A stretch of DNA of 48,577 nt, from contig JBBDRK010000019.1 in the NCBI GenBank assembly GCA_040905465.1, positions 3,028-51,604 of the forward strand, in the 5' to 3' direction. This DNA is from Trueperaceae bacterium. GTDB taxonomy: Bacteria > Deinococcota > Deinococci > Deinococcales > Trueperaceae. This document shows positions 47,172 to 48,577 of this stretch, piece after piece (the first letter of the stretch is position 1; each line of letters begins with the position of its first letter). The notes under the pieces were generated by a model. It was not told the DNA's origin, searched no databases, and saw only the letters and a list, made by a program, of their open reading frames with translations. Both the position numbers and the translations under genes were made by a program.

Positions 47172-48413
47172 ATGAACCGAATAGCGCGCGCCGAGCTGCT
47201 GGCGGTCGGGACCGAATTGCTGCTGGGCGAGACCAACGACACCAATACCGCCTACCTGGCGGCCTCGCTGGCCGACAACGGGGTCGACGTCTACTGGTCG
47301 CAACGCGTCGGCGACAACCTCACGAGGGTGAGCCATGCGATCTCCCAGGCTCTGGAACGAAGCGACCTGCTGGTCATCACCGGAGGCCTCGGTCCTACCG
47401 AGGACGATCTGACGAGGGAGGCGATCGCGGCCGTTCTGGACGAGCACCCCAGCGTCGACGGCGAACTCGAGGCCGTGCTGCGTGAGCGTTTCAGTCGCTC
47501 CAGCCGCGAGATGCCCGTGGCCAACCTGAAACAGGCGTGGCTGATCCCGTCCGCCATGGCGCTCGCCAACCCGCTCGGCACCGCTCCCGGCTGGCTGGTA
47601 CGACATGAGCGCGGCGGCCGGGCGTGCTACGTGGTCGCGCTGCCCGGACCGCCGCGCGAGATGAGCCGGATGTGGGCCGAGGAAGCGCTGCCCCGGCTGC
47701 CGCTGGCGCCGTCGCACCTGCAGCGCGTGACCCTCAAGACCTGGGGCATCGGCGAGTCCACCGTGGCCGAGCTGCTGGCCGATCTCACGCCGGAGGCCAA
47801 CCCCAGCGTGGCGACCTACGCTCGTCAGGACGGGGTGCACGTGCGCATCGCCGCCAAGTCGAAGGACGAGCACGAGGCGAGAGCGCTGGTGACCGCGGCC
47901 GCCGATCGGATCGGCTCGCGGCTGGCCGAGTGGATCTGGGGCGCCGACGAGGACGAGTTGCCCACGCTGGTCGTGAGCGCGCTGCAGCGCCGCGGACTCA
48001 CGGTGGCGACCTTCGAGGAAGCCACCGCCGGAACACTGGTCGGAGCGATCTCGGCCGTCCCCGGCGGGCAGGATGCGTGTCGGGGCGGCATGGTAGCATG
48101 GGCGCCGCAGACGATGGCAGCACTCGGTTTGCCAAGGCCGGCGGCGTACGGGACTTCGGCTCCGGAAATCGCCGTAGGTATGGCCGAGGCGGTCCGAGAA
48201 ACCTTCTCTGCCGATGTCGGCGTTGCCGTCCTCAGTGGCGCGCCGCCGACGGCCGGGCGTCAGGGGCAGACGACCGACGAGGCTGTGGTTGCGGTGCAGG
48301 CCAGCGGGGAGCCCGTCTGGAAGCACCTCTCCTTGCCGCCCCTGCCGGCGGCCTGGAGGCGCGAGCGTATCACCAATCTCGCCCTCTTCCTCCTCTGGTC
48401 GAGACTCCGTTGA
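47172..48413 (+). CDS. cinA: Competence/damage-inducible protein CinA
   Basis: VGTELLLG..DTN, GGLGPT.DD.T, GTAPG, LPGPP.EM. Degenerate C-terminal PncC domain. Upstream of recA. Confidence 0.92.
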   Translation: MNRIARAELLAVGTELLLGETNDTNTAYLAASLADNGVDVYWSQRVGDNLTRVSHAISQALERSDLLVITGGLGPTEDDLTREAIAAVLDEHPSVDGELEAVLRERFSRSSREMPVANLKQAWLIPSAMALANPLGTAPGWLVRHERGGRACYVVALPGPPREMSRMWAEEALPRLPLAPSHLQRVTLKTWGIGESTVAELLADLTPEANPSVATYARQDGVHVRIAAKSKDEHEARALVTAAADRIGSRLAEWIWGADEDELPTLVVSALQRRGLTVATFEEATAGTLVGAISAVPGGQDACRGGMVAWAPQTMAALGLPRPAAYGTSAPEIAVGMAEAVRETFSADVGVAVLSGAPPTAGRQGQTTDEAVVAVQASGEPVWKHLSLPPLPAAWRRERITNLALFLLWSRLR

Positions 48414-48477
48414 CACCGGCAAACGGGAACGCAACGACGATGCGTCCGCGCATGCGCGGGACGGAGGCTGGGTATCT

Positions 48478-48577
48478 ATGAACGATCAAAAAAAGAGGGC
48501 CCTCGACGGGACCATTCTGCAGATCGAGCGGCAGTTCGGCAAGGGGGCGATCATGCGGTTGGGTGCTGGGGGTGTGA
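48478..48577 (+). CDS. recA: Recombinase RecA, N-terminal fragment (cut by window end)
   Basis: MNDQKKRALDGTILQIERQFGKGAIMRLG. SD GGAGG. Follows cinA. Confidence 0.93.
   Translation, partial: MNDQKKRALDGTILQIERQFGKGAIMRLGAGGV

Noticed and set aside
46946-47485. 179-aa plus-strand ORF overlapping cinA
   Set aside because: It overlaps cinA out of frame, has Arg/Gly-rich shadow composition and no domain motifs.

Overview
GC-rich bacterial chromosomal segment, most likely Deinococcota (Truepera/Deinococcus-like). This placement rests on the L31, RpoZ, cinA-recA and DUF5693-csaB content and on pervasive leaderless -10 promoters. From left to right it holds: (1) accessory genes (P-loop kinase-like, TauE, Nudix, two secreted orphans, GNAT-like, DUF4342); (2) an apparent choline-ester uptake and glycine-betaine synthesis cluster (frameshifted phosphodiesterase, Opp/Dpp-type SBP and 2 permeases without ATPases, HAD phosphatase, GbsA/BetB-type aldehyde dehydrogenase, Arthrobacter-type choline oxidase); (3) a cobalamin-riboswitch-controlled btuFCD operon; (4) zapE; (5) aroA-cmk-nadK-methyltransferase-LpxB-like; (6) rpmE, an orphan GAF histidine kinase, an esterase lipoprotein, TraB and a TPR protein; (7) gmk-rpoZ-coaBC and argR; (8) a REC-GAF-PAS-PAS-GAF-HD-GYP protein; (9) pyrG-udk-DUF5693-csaB; (10) TPR, SIMPL and an AAA+/vWA pair; (11) cinA and the start of recA. 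I saw no rRNA, tRNA, CRISPR array or transposase. The best leads are the choline-ester catabolic cluster, a candidate C/U-rich sRNA upstream of cinA, a structured leader upstream of the HD-GYP gene, the DUF5693-CsaB pair, a probable ACG start on a Cys-less coaBC, and recurrent short tandem microduplications. All family calls come from motif recognition by eye, not database searches.
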